From assembly GCA_034520965.1 (NCBI GenBank), contig JAXHMY010000003.1:544001-608000 (forward strand): a stretch of DNA of 64,000 bases, given 5' to 3'. The notes under the pieces are model-generated. The model saw only the letters and a list, made by a program, of their open reading frames with translations, was not told the origin of the DNA and did not search any database. The stretch is from Spirochaetia bacterium (lineage in GTDB: Bacteria; Spirochaetota; Spirochaetia; DSM-16054; Sediminispirochaetaceae). Shown in pieces: positions 8,559-19,921 of the stretch. Position numbers and translations under genes: made by a program. How positions within the stretch are numbered: the first letter of the stretch is position 1; every line of letters begins with the position of its first letter.

Positions 8559-10502
8559 ATGCTTACAGAGTCAGTACAACTTTTCAATACAATCTATATG
8601 TTCACGCCGGCAGCCATTGGCCCGTTTCTTTCCCTTCTAGGGGTAATTATTATTGCCGCGGCAATCTACAACTCCCTTTTGCTGTTCTGGGAGTTCTCAA
8701 CTTTCTTTTTAGAAATGAACGCTTCTCCGGCTGCCGAACGCATCATCCATGCTATGCCGGATCCCCTGCTGGTATGTGACCGCAACAGCACCATCAAAGT
8801 CATCAATAACGCCTTTACTGAAGTGTTCGGCTATGAACACAGCGAGCTGATCAACAAAAACTTACAAGACTGCTCCAACTACACACGTTTGCTCTCACTT
8901 ATCGAATTGCTGGGCACAGAGAACAGCGCTTCAATCGAAACGAGTTTATACGACCGCGAGAACTATCTGTTTCCTGCTCAGGTTTCAGCCTCTCACCTTT
9001 TTAACAGGGATAACACTGTTTCCGGCACTATCTTTGTTATACAAGATGTACGGGAATACCGAAAGGTTATGAATGAAATCGAGGATCTATTTCATAAAAC
9101 TGAGGAGCAGGTGGAACAGCGTACTCAAGAACTCCAGCAGGCCAACTACGCTCTTAAAGATGAGATTCAGCGGCGCAAAGAAATTGAAGGACAACTGCGG
9201 CACACCGCTTTTCACGATTCTTTAACCGGCTTGCCCAATCGTGAACTCTTTTCCGAGTATCTTCAGCACTCGTTTAACAAATATAAACATCGCGGTGGTA
9301 TGACCTTCGCAATACTCTTTATTGACCTCGACCACTTTAAGTTTGTGAATGATACGTACGGTCATACCTGCTGGCGATTTTGTTCTAAAGCAAAGCGCCT
9401 TCCGTTTACATGAATGTTTACGCGATGTAGATACGGTAGGCCGTATAGGCGGGGATGAATTTGTGGTACTGATGGATGAAATCAGCGAGCCCTCCCAGAC
9501 AATTAAGGTGGCCGAACGGATATTAGATGCTATGCAGGAGGAAATTAACTTCAACGGCACTAAGATACGGATAGGAAGCAGTATCGGAATTTGTTTTGCC
9601 GAACAGAGACATGAGGCCCCGAAAGAGATAATTCGTGATGCAGATATTGCCCTATATCACGCGAAACAGCAGGGGCGACACCGGCACTCGCATCTTTCAG
9701 GGAGAACTGCAGGAGAAGGCTATTCGTCATATGAAAATCGAGCAGGAACTACGCGAGACGGGTTCATCAGAGCGGCTTTGATATACAGTATCAGCCAATA
9801 GTAGAACTCTCGGAGGGTACGCTTAAGGGATTCGAAGCCCTCATACGCTGGAACTCTGCAGAACTGGGTCAAATAAGCCCGGAAACATTTATACCGATTG
9901 CAGAAGAGAGCGAACTAATATATGAAATCGGACGATGGGTACTCTTCCGAGCCTGCAACGATATGAGTAATTGGCTTCAGCATATTCCGTCACACCTCAA
10001 GCACATTACCATAAGCGTAAATGTATCTCCACGCCAGCTTCAATCCTCCGTACTGCTGCAGGATATCGAGAATGCTCTTGCAGAGAGCATGCTGCCTCCG
10101 GAGAACTTGGTAGTCGAAGTTACCGAAAGTGCAATTATTACAGACAGCAAAGGCGCGCTGGCAACCCTCAATCAGTTGAAAGAAATGGGTGTAAAGCTCC
10201 ATTTGGATGATTTCGGTGAAGGCTATTCTTCACTTAACCTTCTGTACCGTTTTCCCTTCGATACCATGAAAATCGATCGTTCCTACGTGAGCGGGCTTCA
10301 AAATAACCATGACAACAGCGAAGTTGTTCGAACCATCATCAACCTTGGTCACTCAATGAAAAAAGAAGTCATCGCCGAAGGCATAGAAACCTCGAATGAG
10401 GCAACTGCTCTGCGAAATTTCAAATGTGAACTGGGGCAGGGTTTTTTCTTCTCCAGACCTCTTGACGAGGATATGGCACGCTTGTTTATAGATTCGACAT
10501 GA
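8559..10502 (+). CDS. PAS-GGDEF-EAL diguanylate cyclase/phosphodiesterase (about 3 frameshifts)
   Basis: HDSLTGLPNR, IGGDEF, YQPIV..GFEALIRW and LDDFGEGYSSL across frames; shifts near 9368, 9690 and 9770. Confidence 0.88.
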
Positions 10503-10507
10503 TAAAG

Positions 10508-10538
10508 AAAGCGGCACCCCCGCAGAGCTGCCGCTTTT
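10508..10538. terminator. Bidirectional terminator between convergent genes
   Basis: AAAGCGGCA/TGCCGCTTT stem. Confidence 0.7.
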
Positions 10539-10560
10539 ATGATAGTAGCAAGCGTAAATG

Positions 10561-11567
10561 CTACTCGCCGGTTAAGATATATTTTTCAGGATGCAGCAGT
10601 GCCCGTGCGTATTGGGCTCGAGTGTAAATCTCGGGTTTCGGATTATTCGCATAGCTTAACTTACCCTGAAAATCTTTTAAGGATTTGTAATTTTTATCAT
10701 CCATCCACTCTTTCAGTTCTCCAAGCATCTTCGGTACAATCACAATTGAATGACTGTACATGGCGCTCACCATCTGCGCCACATCTGCCCCGGCTAATAA
10801 GACTTTAATTAAGCTTTCGGTTGAGTTCACACCATTACTGGCACACACGCTTGCATTGATTTGACCATGCAGCAAGCCGGCAAAACGCAGTGCAAGGCGA
10901 TAGTCATTGCTGTTGCTCAAATTCAGCGAATAGTCGTTCTCTTCCCGATCGATATTAATGCTGGGCTGAAAAAGCCGGTTAAACAGCACAAAACCCTTGA
11001 CCCCCGAAGTATCCAGCTGCTTAATAAAATACAGCGGGCTGCTATAGTAGGGGCTCAGTTTTACCGAGACCGGTATATTTACATTCTGAACCACCTCGGT
11101 CACTGCCTCAAGCTGCTCTTTCTCTACAGTGCGCGCGTCTACATCAAACTCTACCGGCAGACGATAAAAATTAAGTTCTAATCCATCCACTCCCGTTTCT
11201 TCCATTTTTTTGCATAATCAATCCAGGTCTGTCGATTAATAGCATTCAAACTTGCAATAATCGGAATGGAAGTTTCCTCCTTGGCCTTACGCAGCCAATG
11301 CAGGTGGTCATCGGGACCGGAGTGCTCTAACTCGGGAAAAATGGTCAGCATCTCTCCATACAGATCATCATCTTTATGTAAATCCTCTTTCATTTTGTAG
11401 CTTTCAAGCTGAATCTGCTCTTCAAAAAGCGACTTGATAACTGGTGCTCCGACTCCGGCATCCTCCAGCTTATGAATACTGCTCATGTGAGAAGTGAGAC
11501 TTGAAGCCCCTGCGATAATTGGATTCTTTACATCAATTCCCATGTACTTTGTCTTAAGATCGACCAT
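10561..11567 (-). CDS. Dihydroorotate dehydrogenase-like FMN protein (frameshift near 11203)
   Basis: NPIIAGASSL, KSLFEEQI, VKLSPYY and LFNRLFQP motifs; shift in a homopolymer run. Confidence 0.85.
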
Positions 11568-11799
11568 ATACTCTCCTCTCTTCCCTTATAGGGATAAAAA
11601 TTCGTCTTTCTCCTAGTATAAGAAAAAAAAGGGGCAAATATCCAACCCTATAAAATATTTTGTCCATTTTTCCTTCGATATCGCTTAAAACTGCATGTAT
11701 TCCGCCAGTATAAAGACAAACACTGCGAGCATAGAAAAGATAAGTAATTGCATCTTTGGGGCTCCTACATTACAATTACAGCATCAAAGGAGTATGTTG

Positions 11800-12969
11800 A
11801 TGGACCAGAGGATTACCGAGCTGATAGAAACCCTTCCCCAGATGTACAGTAAAGTAAAGGGTATGCGCGATACTCTGCTTACCAATTTGGTAATGCTGGG
11901 TGAAATTCCGGCCCCAACTTTCCGCGAACACAATCGTATGAGCTTTCTGGTAAACAGGTTTACCCAGTATCATATGCTGAACTGCTCAACCGACGAGGTT
12001 GGCAACGGATTGGGAATTATTCCGGGAAAGAACGGAGAACGTAATATTTTAATAGTAGCCCATTTAGACACCGTCTTTGACGAAACGGTGGACCACACCA
12101 TTTCGATTGAGCCAAACCGCGTACAAGGCCCCGCAGTAGGAGATAATGCTTTAGGGGTGGCGACCTTGGCGACAATCCCCGCATTGCTGGAGGAACTTGA
12201 TATACAATTAAACTCCAACCTGATACTAATGGGCTCGTCACGCAGCCTTGGCCATGGCAACATTGAAGGATTGCGCTTTTTTCTTGATAACACGGACATG
12301 CCCATTCACGACGGGGTCTGTATAGAAGGAGTTAAGCTTGGCCGACTCAGCCACACTTCTATCGGAATGGCCCGCTGTGAAATAAGCTATCGCCTGCCGG
12401 AAGAGTACGACTGGACGCGCTTTGGGGCTGTGGGTTCAATTGTTACAATCAACGAACTTATTAACCGTATTCTTGAAATCCCCGTCCCTCGCCGGCCAAA
12501 AACCAGTATTGTCCTTGGTTCTATCTCCGGAGGCCGCAGTTTCAACACAATTGCCAGTGATGCAGTCTTGAGGTTTGAAATTCGGAGTGAATCTAATCAG
12601 ATGGTTCACACCCTGCGTCAGCAAATAGAGGATATCGCGGCCGAAGTGTCATCACACAACGGCTCAGAAGTCGAAATTCAAATCCTTGCCCAAAGGAACC
12701 CGGGGGGAATCTCATTTTCACATCCACTTGCTTCTAACGCACGAGCGATTATGAAATCCCTCGACATCAACCCGCGAATATCTCCAAGCACATCAGAGCT
12801 TTCTGCCTTTATCAACCACAAGATCCCCGCACTCACCCTGGGGCTCACGGATGGTGAGAGCATCAATAAGCCTGAGGAGAGTATTGAAATTGAACCCATT
12901 TATAACGGACTCACACAGCTGCTGGCGATGCTGGTAGCTATCGACAAGGGGTATTGCGATGAAGCTTAG
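11800..12969 (+). CDS. M20/M28-fold peptidase-like protein with a degenerate active site
   Basis: IVAHLDTVF and GDNALG present; EE and C-terminal His motifs absent; AAGGAG RBS. Confidence 0.75.
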   Translation: MDQRITELIETLPQMYSKVKGMRDTLLTNLVMLGEIPAPTFREHNRMSFLVNRFTQYHMLNCSTDEVGNGLGIIPGKNGERNILIVAHLDTVFDETVDHTISIEPNRVQGPAVGDNALGVATLATIPALLEELDIQLNSNLILMGSSRSLGHGNIEGLRFFLDNTDMPIHDGVCIEGVKLGRLSHTSIGMARCEISYRLPEEYDWTRFGAVGSIVTINELINRILEIPVPRRPKTSIVLGSISGGRSFNTIASDAVLRFEIRSESNQMVHTLRQQIEDIAAEVSSHNGSEVEIQILAQRNPGGISFSHPLASNARAIMKSLDINPRISPSTSELSAFINHKIPALTLGLTDGESINKPEESIEIEPIYNGLTQLLAMLVAIDKGYCDEA

Positions 12970-13972
12970 CACCTGGCTTAAAAGAAACACCTATCACCAT
13001 TCAGCGTTTGCAGAGCTGGAAGATTTAGTCGCTCAGAAACAGAAGCAGGGCCTCAGCATCTCGCTCTGTATTCCCACGCTCAACGAAGAGGCAACTATCG
13101 GCAAGGAGATTATACTCTTTAGGTCTGAGCTAATGAGCCGATATCCTCTGCTAGATGAGATTGCAGTTATAGACTCCGGTTCTACAGACGACACTGTGGA
13201 AGTTGCCCGCTCCTTTGGCGCAGATGTATACTTGGCAGATGATATACTGCCCGACCTCGACAGCAAAAAAGGAAAAGGCGAGAATCTGTGGAAGGCAATT
13301 TATCAACTCAAAGGCGATATAATAGTCTATATTGATGCGGATATAAAAAATATCCATCCCCGGTTTGCGTACGGATTAATTGCACCGCTGATATACCGTA
13401 AAGAGATACAATATGTAAAAGCATTTTATGATCGCCCCCTGGCTTTTTCGCAAGGAATTCGTCCCTCCGGTGGTGGGAGAGTAACGGAAATTCTTATACG
13501 TCCGCTATTCAGCCTCTTTTTTCCGGACCTCACCGGCTTGATTCAGCCCCTTTCCGGGGAATATGCTGTCCGCCGTGAGGTACTGGAGCAAATTCCCTTT
13601 CCTATTGGCTACGGAGTAGAGACATCTCACATTATCGATGTGTATCAGAAATGGGGGCTTACAGCATTTGCCCAAACTGATCTGGACCAGCGGGTCCACC
13701 GCAATCAAGACACCCGCAGCCTAGGAAAGATGGCCTTTGGTATTTTACAGACTTTCTTTTCGCGGCTGCAAGCCTTGGATATCATTCATGACAAGCTTGA
13801 ACTGAGCCATATTCTGCGGCAGTTTCAAGCCCATGATGAAGAATTTGAAGCTCTTGAGCTAGAGATTCTTGAAGAAGAACGTCCGCCCATGATTACCGTT
13901 GATGAATATCGCGCGAAAAGAGGTATTCCACCGAATTCGGAAAAAACTAATAAGGAGACAAAGAAAAAATGA
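12959..13972 (+). CDS. gpgS: Glucosyl-3-phosphoglycerate synthase
   Basis: PTLNEEATIG, GKGENLW, DAD, GGGRVTE, QPLSGEYA, GYGVE and RVHRNQ motifs. Confidence 0.88.
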   Translation: MKLSTWLKRNTYHHSAFAELEDLVAQKQKQGLSISLCIPTLNEEATIGKEIILFRSELMSRYPLLDEIAVIDSGSTDDTVEVARSFGADVYLADDILPDLDSKKGKGENLWKAIYQLKGDIIVYIDADIKNIHPRFAYGLIAPLIYRKEIQYVKAFYDRPLAFSQGIRPSGGGRVTEILIRPLFSLFFPDLTGLIQPLSGEYAVRREVLEQIPFPIGYGVETSHIIDVYQKWGLTAFAQTDLDQRVHRNQDTRSLGKMAFGILQTFFSRLQALDIIHDKLELSHILRQFQAHDEEFEALELEILEEERPPMITVDEYRAKRGIPPNSEKTNKETKKK

Positions 13973-14367
13973 TACGTTTGGTCATTCACATCATCCTTCT
14001 GGCCATTGTTGTTGCATTTGTTGCCCTGAATGTAGGGTATACTACCAGTATAAACTTGTTTGGATATATGTTCTCAAACATTTCTACGGTAGCAGTAACA
14101 CTGGTTGCGTTTATTGTTGGGATCATCTACTCGTTCTTCTACTACGTGCTTAGTTATTTTAATAAATCCGGCAAGCAGAGGGTCCGAGAACGCTCGAAGA
14201 AAGCCAAAGATAAAGAGAAAGCCCTGAAGGAAAAGGAAGAGGAGCTAAAGGACAGCGCCTCCTCTAAAAAAGAGATCGCCTCTCCTGCAGCTGAATCTGC
14301 ATCGCAGGAGACCGTAGTTTCTGCAGAAAAGCCAAAGAAAAAGTCTCGCCGCTTCGGAAAAAAATAG
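13969..14367 (+). CDS. LapA-like small membrane protein with a charged tail
   Basis: Two TM helices with FVALN, then a K/E-rich C-terminus. Confidence 0.6.
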   Translation: MIRLVIHIILLAIVVAFVALNVGYTTSINLFGYMFSNISTVAVTLVAFIVGIIYSFFYYVLSYFNKSGKQRVRERSKKAKDKEKALKEKEEELKDSASSKKEIASPAAESASQETVVSAEKPKKKSRRFGKK

Positions 14368-14372
14368 ATAGT

Positions 14373-14819
14373 ATGGCTGAACTTCTACAGAACAGTATAC
14401 TCTGGACAACCTTTCTGGCAGCTTTTATCGCTCAGGCGCTGAAAACCACCCAGGAAATAATTTTTCAACGTAAATTGAACCTCCACCGGGTATTTGAAAC
14501 CGGTGGAATGCCCTCGAGCCACTCGGCGGCGGTGGCATCTCTGGCTACCAGTATGGGATTGGTGCATGGCTGGAACAGCTCCGAGTTTACCATTTCCATC
14601 GTACTGGCTGTGGTAGTTATTTACGATGCCACCGGCATCCGCCGTGCAGCAGGCAAGCATGCGGAGATACTGAACGACCTATTGGAGGAGTTCAATTATC
14701 TCCTGCACGAGGGATTCGAACGTCAGCACCTGAAAACACTGCTTGGACATACCTATCCCCAAGCAGTAGCTGGTATTTTAATTGGTATAATTATCTCTTT
14801 AGTTTTTTATTACAACTAA
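14373..14819 (+). CDS. Divergent PAP2 / DUF212 membrane protein
   Basis: GGMPSSHSA, YDATGIRRAAGKHA and LGHT motifs. Confidence 0.9.
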   Translation: MAELLQNSILWTTFLAAFIAQALKTTQEIIFQRKLNLHRVFETGGMPSSHSAAVASLATSMGLVHGWNSSEFTISIVLAVVVIYDATGIRRAAGKHAEILNDLLEEFNYLLHEGFERQHLKTLLGHTYPQAVAGILIGIIISLVFYYN

Positions 14820-14839
14820 AAATATGAGGGCCGCACGTA

Positions 14840-14872
14840 CTGCACTACCTGAGGTTTACTCAGCAGTGCAGT
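14840..14872. terminator. Hairpin between convergent genes
   Basis: ACTGCACT..CTGAG/CTCAG..AGTGCAGT stem. Confidence 0.55.
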
Positions 14873-14881
14873 TTCTAGGGC

Positions 14882-15709
14882 CTACTCTTTTACCGAACCG
14901 GCCAGCAGCCCGCGGATAAAGTACCTTCCAAAGAAAATGTAAATCAGCAGCACCGGAAAGCCCGCTAAAAAGGATCCGGCCATCGGCAGGTTCCAGTTGA
15001 CCGCCTGCCCTCCGGCCAGCTGGGCAAGGCCAACCGTAACCGGCTGGGAAGACTGTTTCGTTAAGGTTACACCCCACAAAAACTCGTTCCATATTTGGGT
15101 AAACTGCCATATTCCAACCACCACAAAGCCCGGCACCGACAGAGGCAGAAACAGGCGACCGTACAGGCCGAAAAAGCCTGCCCCATCCAGCCGAGCAGAT
15201 TCAACTAAAGAATCGGGAATTTGATCGTAAAAGTTGCGAAAAATAAGGGTGGTAATCGGTATCCCGTAGACGACATGCGCCAGGATTAATCCGTATAAAC
15301 TGCCGTATATACCGATAGCCCGCAGCAACTGAAACAGGGGAATGAGAATTATCTGGTACGGTATAAACATACCAAAGAGAAACAGAGTAAAAACTATTTC
15401 ACTCCCCCGAAAACGGTTTTTAGAAAACACAAAGCCGTTGATAGATCCCACTAGAGCAGAGAGTACAGTGCCGCTAATAGTCAGGACAAGACTGTTCCGA
15501 AGACTCGGCAGCAGCATATTATAGGCTTCTACAAAACTTTGCCAATACGGGTAGGAGGGCAGATGCCACGCAGTGGCCAGTTTAATTTCCGCCGGATTCT
15601 TCAGGGCGGTAATAAGAGCCATATAGATAGGCACCAGGAATATAACCATCATCACAAGCACCATAATATACACTATCGGACTTACACGTCGTAAAGTATT
15701 TTGTGACAT
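14882..15709 (-). CDS. Carbohydrate ABC permease (MalG-like)
   Basis: [12 protein letters not shown] motif; 6 TM helices. Confidence 0.92.
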   Translation of the reverse strand: MSQNTLRRVSPIVYIMVLVMMVIFLVPIYMALITALKNPAEIKLATAWHLPSYPYWQSFVEAYNMLLPSLRNSLVLTISGTVLSALVGSINGFVFSKNRFRGSEIVFTLFLFGMFIPYQIILIPLFQLLRAIGIYGSLYGLILAHVVYGIPITTLIFRNFYDQIPDSLVESARLDGAGFFGLYGRLFLPLSVPGFVVVGIWQFTQIWNEFLWGVTLTKQSSQPVTVGLAQLAGGQAVNWNLPMAGSFLAGFPVLLIYIFFGRYFIRGLLAGSVKE

Positions 15710-15715
15710 AATCGG

Positions 15716-16828
15716 TTACCTCCGCGCCCGGTATGATTGAATCAAATAAGGGATAATAAACAGGGCGGCCATCAGGAACAGAATTACTGATATTGCGGCA
15801 CCGACTGCAAAGTTGTTGGCACGAAAGGTAATCAGATACATCAGCACCGAGGGGTGCCCGGTGCCGGCATTATCGGCTCCGGCCATTGAGAAAATGAGGG
15901 CGAACAACTTCAATGAAATGTGAGAGATAATAACGATGGCACTTAGGGTAATCGGCCACATATTCGGTATTGCAATCTTTAAATAATAAGTAATATCACC
16001 GGCCCCATCCATCTTTGCCGATTCGTACATAGCCACCGGCAGTCCACGGAGACCTGCCAGGTAGAGGGCCATAGTGTATCCGGAGTACTGCCATACTGCG
16101 GCAATTATAATGCCCACAGTCGCCAAGCTAAAGCCATGAAACTCGGCATGCGGCAGTATCGGCGGCAACAAATAGTGCAATACTGCTGCGTAAAACAGCA
16201 TGAGTCCCGAAAGCACGGCCCCCCAGATAGTCTGAGTTCTCCTGCCGTTCTTCCAACCCCCGTACAGCATAAAGGCAAAAATCACGAACAAAATTAACGC
16301 AATAATTTGAGGAACACTCTGCCAGTTAAAAAGGGCCACTTTCTCGCGGCTCGATAACCAGAGGAAGTCTCCGCGTTCCATCCCAAACCAGGTGGGGATT
16401 AGATTAACCCCCCCCTTCGGTGAAAAAATCCACCTCCAGATAGTACCCGTTACGACAAACGACAGAGCCATAGGAAAGAGGAATACCGTACGGAGGATAT
16501 TCTCGCCCTTCGGTCCCTTATCCAGCATTATTGCCAAAAACAGTCCCAAACCCAGGGTACCCGTAACTAGAAAGAGGGAATAGAATATTGCATTGATCAG
16601 ATCTTGGCGAAAACGCTCATGGATGGCTCCAGTGAAAAGCCGGCGGTAATTTTCAAAACCTATCAAGTTTTTCACCGGATTCTCCCGTAAGGCAGCCCCG
16701 GTTCCCCAGTCTGTGAGGGAGACGTAAAATGAGTTGCCAATAAAGCCGTACACAAAAATCAATAATAGAATTAGTGAAGGCAGCAATACTAGCATTGAAT
16801 ACACCGAATTTCTCTTTGAACCTACCAT
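15716..16828 (-). CDS. Carbohydrate ABC permease (MalF-like)
   Basis: ESAKMDGA EAA motif; WQYSGYTMALYLAGL. Confidence 0.92.
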   Translation of the reverse strand: MVGSKRNSVYSMLVLLPSLILLLIFVYGFIGNSFYVSLTDWGTGAALRENPVKNLIGFENYRRLFTGAIHERFRQDLINAIFYSLFLVTGTLGLGLFLAIMLDKGPKGENILRTVFLFPMALSFVVTGTIWRWIFSPKGGVNLIPTWFGMERGDFLWLSSREKVALFNWQSVPQIIALILFVIFAFMLYGGWKNGRRTQTIWGAVLSGLMLFYAAVLHYLLPPILPHAEFHGFSLATVGIIIAAVWQYSGYTMALYLAGLRGLPVAMYESAKMDGAGDITYYLKIAIPNMWPITLSAIVIISHISLKLFALIFSMAGADNAGTGHPSVLMYLITFRANNFAVGAAISVILFLMAALFIIPYLIQSYRARR

Positions 16829-16909
16829 ATTGTTCCCTTTATAACTTTAATAGGGAGCAGGTATTCCTTAACAGAACCCCTGCTCCCCGAATTCAACTTT
16901 TGTAGATTC

Positions 16910-18238
16910 TTATCTACTTACAATTCCATTCTGTATCGCAATTGCCTGGGCTGCGTTGGCAGCTTGCTCAGGATTGCGGTTATTCAGGAACATTTCCATA
17001 ACAGTAGCAAAGTCATTCATAAAACCTTCATTTGCGGTTACCCCGTGAGCGAGGCTACCTACAATTCGGTTATCAGCAAAGTCTTTTGCTGCAGATTGTG
17101 AATAGTCGTTGTATTTGCTCAGGTCAGAGTCTGTACGGGAAGAAATAGAGCCCTTCAGAGGATTGAAAGTGTCCTGGCCTTCCAAGGAACCACAGGTTTT
17201 GAGCCATGCCAAGGCAGCGGCAGGGTTCTTGACACCCTTCGGAAAACCAAAGCTGTCGGCCAAGAACATAAAAGCCCCTTCGGTTCCCGGTGAAGCTGCC
17301 CAACTATAGTCGCTTCCAGGTTCAAGATTAAGGGTGGTGCTCATGTATCCTGCAGCCCAGTCGCCCATAATGTTAAACGCGGCATCGCCGCCAACGACCA
17401 GGTCGGTAGCCTGCTGCCAGCTTAAGGAAGAGAAATCGTCGTTGGTGTACTCTAGAACTTCATCCAGAGTCGCCCACACTTCAACTGCTTCTTCGCTGGT
17501 CCAGCTCAGTTCACCGTTCCACAGTCCATCGTATTTATCCGCACCAAGCACACCCAGGGCAACCGATTCCCACAGGTGGTTTACAGTCCAGTTAGTAGCC
17601 AACGAAAGAGGCACAACCCCTTCTGCTTCCAGGTCGTCTGCAATTTCCAGGAACTCATCCCAAGACTGCGGAACTTCTACTCCCCATTTGTCTAGGTTCT
17701 CCGGAATATACCACATGACGTTGGAACGGTGTATATTTACCGGCACCGACCAAATACCGTTTTCGGTACCGATCAGATTGATCAGGTCTTCAGGAATAAC
17801 ATCCATCCAGCCTTCGGATTCGAAGAGGGGAGTAAGATCCAGCATTCTCTCGGCTGCCACCCAAGTACCGATTAGCTCTTGTCCGGCATGAACCTGAAAA
17901 GAGTCGGGCGGGTCGCCACCAAGCATTCTGGTTTTCAGAACTGCCTTTGCATTTACACCGGAACCGCCGGTTACAGTAGCGTTGATTACTTCAACCTGGG
18001 GATAATTATCATTATACAGGTCGATCAGTGCATTAAGCGCGGGGGCTTCATCGCCTGCCCACCAGGAAAAAAGTTCCAAATCGCCGCTCGGTTTTCCGTA
18101 ATCCAATTTAACTTCCGGAACCTCTGCAGTCTCGGTTTCTTCCGCAGCAGCGGCGCCTTCCTGCTGTCCACCGGCCCATACGGACACCATCGGCAGTAAC
18201 AGCAGTAGTGTGATCATCAGGGTTAGTCCCTTTTTCAT
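16910..18238 (-). CDS. Sugar ABC substrate-binding protein (glucose/mannose-binding type)
   Basis: [20 protein letters not shown] and MGDWAAG motifs; signal peptide plus AGGQQE. Confidence 0.9.
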   Translation of the reverse strand: MKKGLTLMITLLLLLPMVSVWAGGQQEGAAAAEETETAEVPEVKLDYGKPSGDLELFSWWAGDEAPALNALIDLYNDNYPQVEVINATVTGGSGVNAKAVLKTRMLGGDPPDSFQVHAGQELIGTWVAAERMLDLTPLFESEGWMDVIPEDLINLIGTENGIWSVPVNIHRSNVMWYIPENLDKWGVEVPQSWDEFLEIADDLEAEGVVPLSLATNWTVNHLWESVALGVLGADKYDGLWNGELSWTSEEAVEVWATLDEVLEYTNDDFSSLSWQQATDLVVGGDAAFNIMGDWAAGYMSTTLNLEPGSDYSWAASPGTEGAFMFLADSFGFPKGVKNPAAALAWLKTCGSLEGQDTFNPLKGSISSRTDSDLSKYNDYSQSAAKDFADNRIVGSLAHGVTANEGFMNDFATVMEMFLNNRNPEQAANAAQAIAIQNGIVSR

Positions 18239-18394
18239 TGTTCAACCTCCTTAATAGGTTTTAAATTCTAATGAATTTTACCATTGCGGAGTATAGCCGT
18301 CTGCAGGATTGTTTTTCACATTTCTTACTTATTTACACAACACGACTCAATCTGCAGTTTAGTCTGGACATATTTTATATGAGAATAATCCAGA

Positions 18395-19921
18395 TCAATC
18401 AAACTCGGTTGGAGAACAGCCCACTAGCCTCTTGAACAGCCGCGAAAAGTAATTTGGATCCTGGTACCCGACCATTGAGCTAATCTCTTTGATCGAATGG
18501 CTATGCTCCTTCAGCAGTCTTTTCGCCCTTTCCATTCTCATTTGAGTAAGCTGATCGACAAAGCTTTTTCGCAGGTAACGGGAGAAGAGATTACTCAGGT
18601 AAGCAGAACTCACTTCCACCTCATCAGCCACATCCGACAGTTGAAGCGAGTGGGCGTAGTTCAACTTGATATAGTCGAGGGCTCTTGACAGCACTTTGGG
18701 GAGATTTTCAGCCTGAACAGTTTTGATTTTATCAGCCAGTGCTTTAGCCCATCCGGAATAAAAGGCTAACAGATTCTCAGCCGAATCTTCTTCTTCCCAC
18801 TTATGCCCTGTGCGCATAAGATGAAATCCGGTGACCACAGAATTGGCATGCTCAACATACAGCAATAGATCACACAGCACGGCCTCTGCCCTGTCGATAG
18901 TGTCAGTAGAAGCAAGTACTGTTGCAAATATCCGTTTTTGCAGCCCCTCATCCAGATTCTGCAGCGCAACCTCAAGTTCCCGCCGCCACTGCTCCGAGTA
19001 GGATATCAACTGCTCAGAATCGAAAGGCTCCATGTGGTGCCTCATTTTTTGATGCGCATCTAAATAGGAGACATTAATATTCTCAAACTCCACCGACTTT
19101 CCAGTCACAAAATGCCACTGGGTGCTGCTGTTTTTTTCCGGATCGACAACGGCGGCGAGGTTCTCCACACCGGGAACCGAGTTCACCTCAGATATGTCCG
19201 GAAAAAAGAACAGTACTTCCTGCTCAAACGGTGCGGCTAGGCATGGAAATTTGAACTTTAATCTACTTATCACCTCACGGCCGAGGCTGATAAGATCCCT
19301 CGATAGACTCTCAGACGCCGCCGCCGGTAGCGCCCCTTTCGAGGCCTTCGATCTTTGCCCTTGCCACTCCAGAATTCCCACGCAGCCCCTGGATGTATTG
19401 AACGCAAGCGAAGATTTGAGATAGGGGATAAAGGCGTTTACTTCGCTATTCAGTTTTACCGCAACAAACAGCAGGGTTTCGATGGAACTGCTGAGGGTGT
19501 GGTACAGTTCTATATGCTTTAGACTCTCTCCGCGACCATCCAAACGCTGGCCCAGCGACTCAACCGCCGCATCCACCGCATCAATCAGCTTTTCTCTTGA
19601 AAAGGGTTTTAGAATATAGTCCTGTACTCCCAGCTCAAAGGCTGTCTGTGCAATATCAAACCGTTCGTAGGCGGTAATGAGAATCGGCAGTACATTCGGA
19701 CTTCTTCGCTTTATCTCACGCAAGGCATCAAGCCCATCAATACCCGGCATTTTCACATCAATCAGGATAATATCCGGTTTTGTTGCTTCGGCTATTTCGA
19801 TAGCCTCGCGGCCCGACATTCCGGTACCGGCTATTTCAAGTTCGGGTCGATACTTTTGCAGCATAAAGCTGATGCTCTCGATTACCGGCTGCTCATCGTC
19901 GACTATCAGTACACTATACAT
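18395..19921 (-). CDS. YesN-like response regulator (REC plus AraC HTH)
   Basis: IVDDE, DVKMPGIDG and VGYQDPNYFSRLFK motifs. Confidence 0.92.
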   Translation of the reverse strand: MYSVLIVDDEQPVIESISFMLQKYRPELEIAGTGMSGREAIEIAEATKPDIILIDVKMPGIDGLDALREIKRRSPNVLPILITAYERFDIAQTAFELGVQDYILKPFSREKLIDAVDAAVESLGQRLDGRGESLKHIELYHTLSSSIETLLFVAVKLNSEVNAFIPYLKSSLAFNTSRGCVGILEWQGQRSKASKGALPAAASESLSRDLISLGREVISRLKFKFPCLAAPFEQEVLFFFPDISEVNSVPGVENLAAVVDPEKNSSTQWHFVTGKSVEFENINVSYLDAHQKMRHHMEPFDSEQLISYSEQWRRELEVALQNLDEGLQKRIFATVLASTDTIDRAEAVLCDLLLYVEHANSVVTGFHLMRTGHKWEEEDSAENLLAFYSGWAKALADKIKTVQAENLPKVLSRALDYIKLNYAHSLQLSDVADEVEVSSAYLSNLFSRYLRKSFVDQLTQMRMERAKRLLKEHSHSIKEISSMVGYQDPNYFSRLFKRLVGCSPTEFD

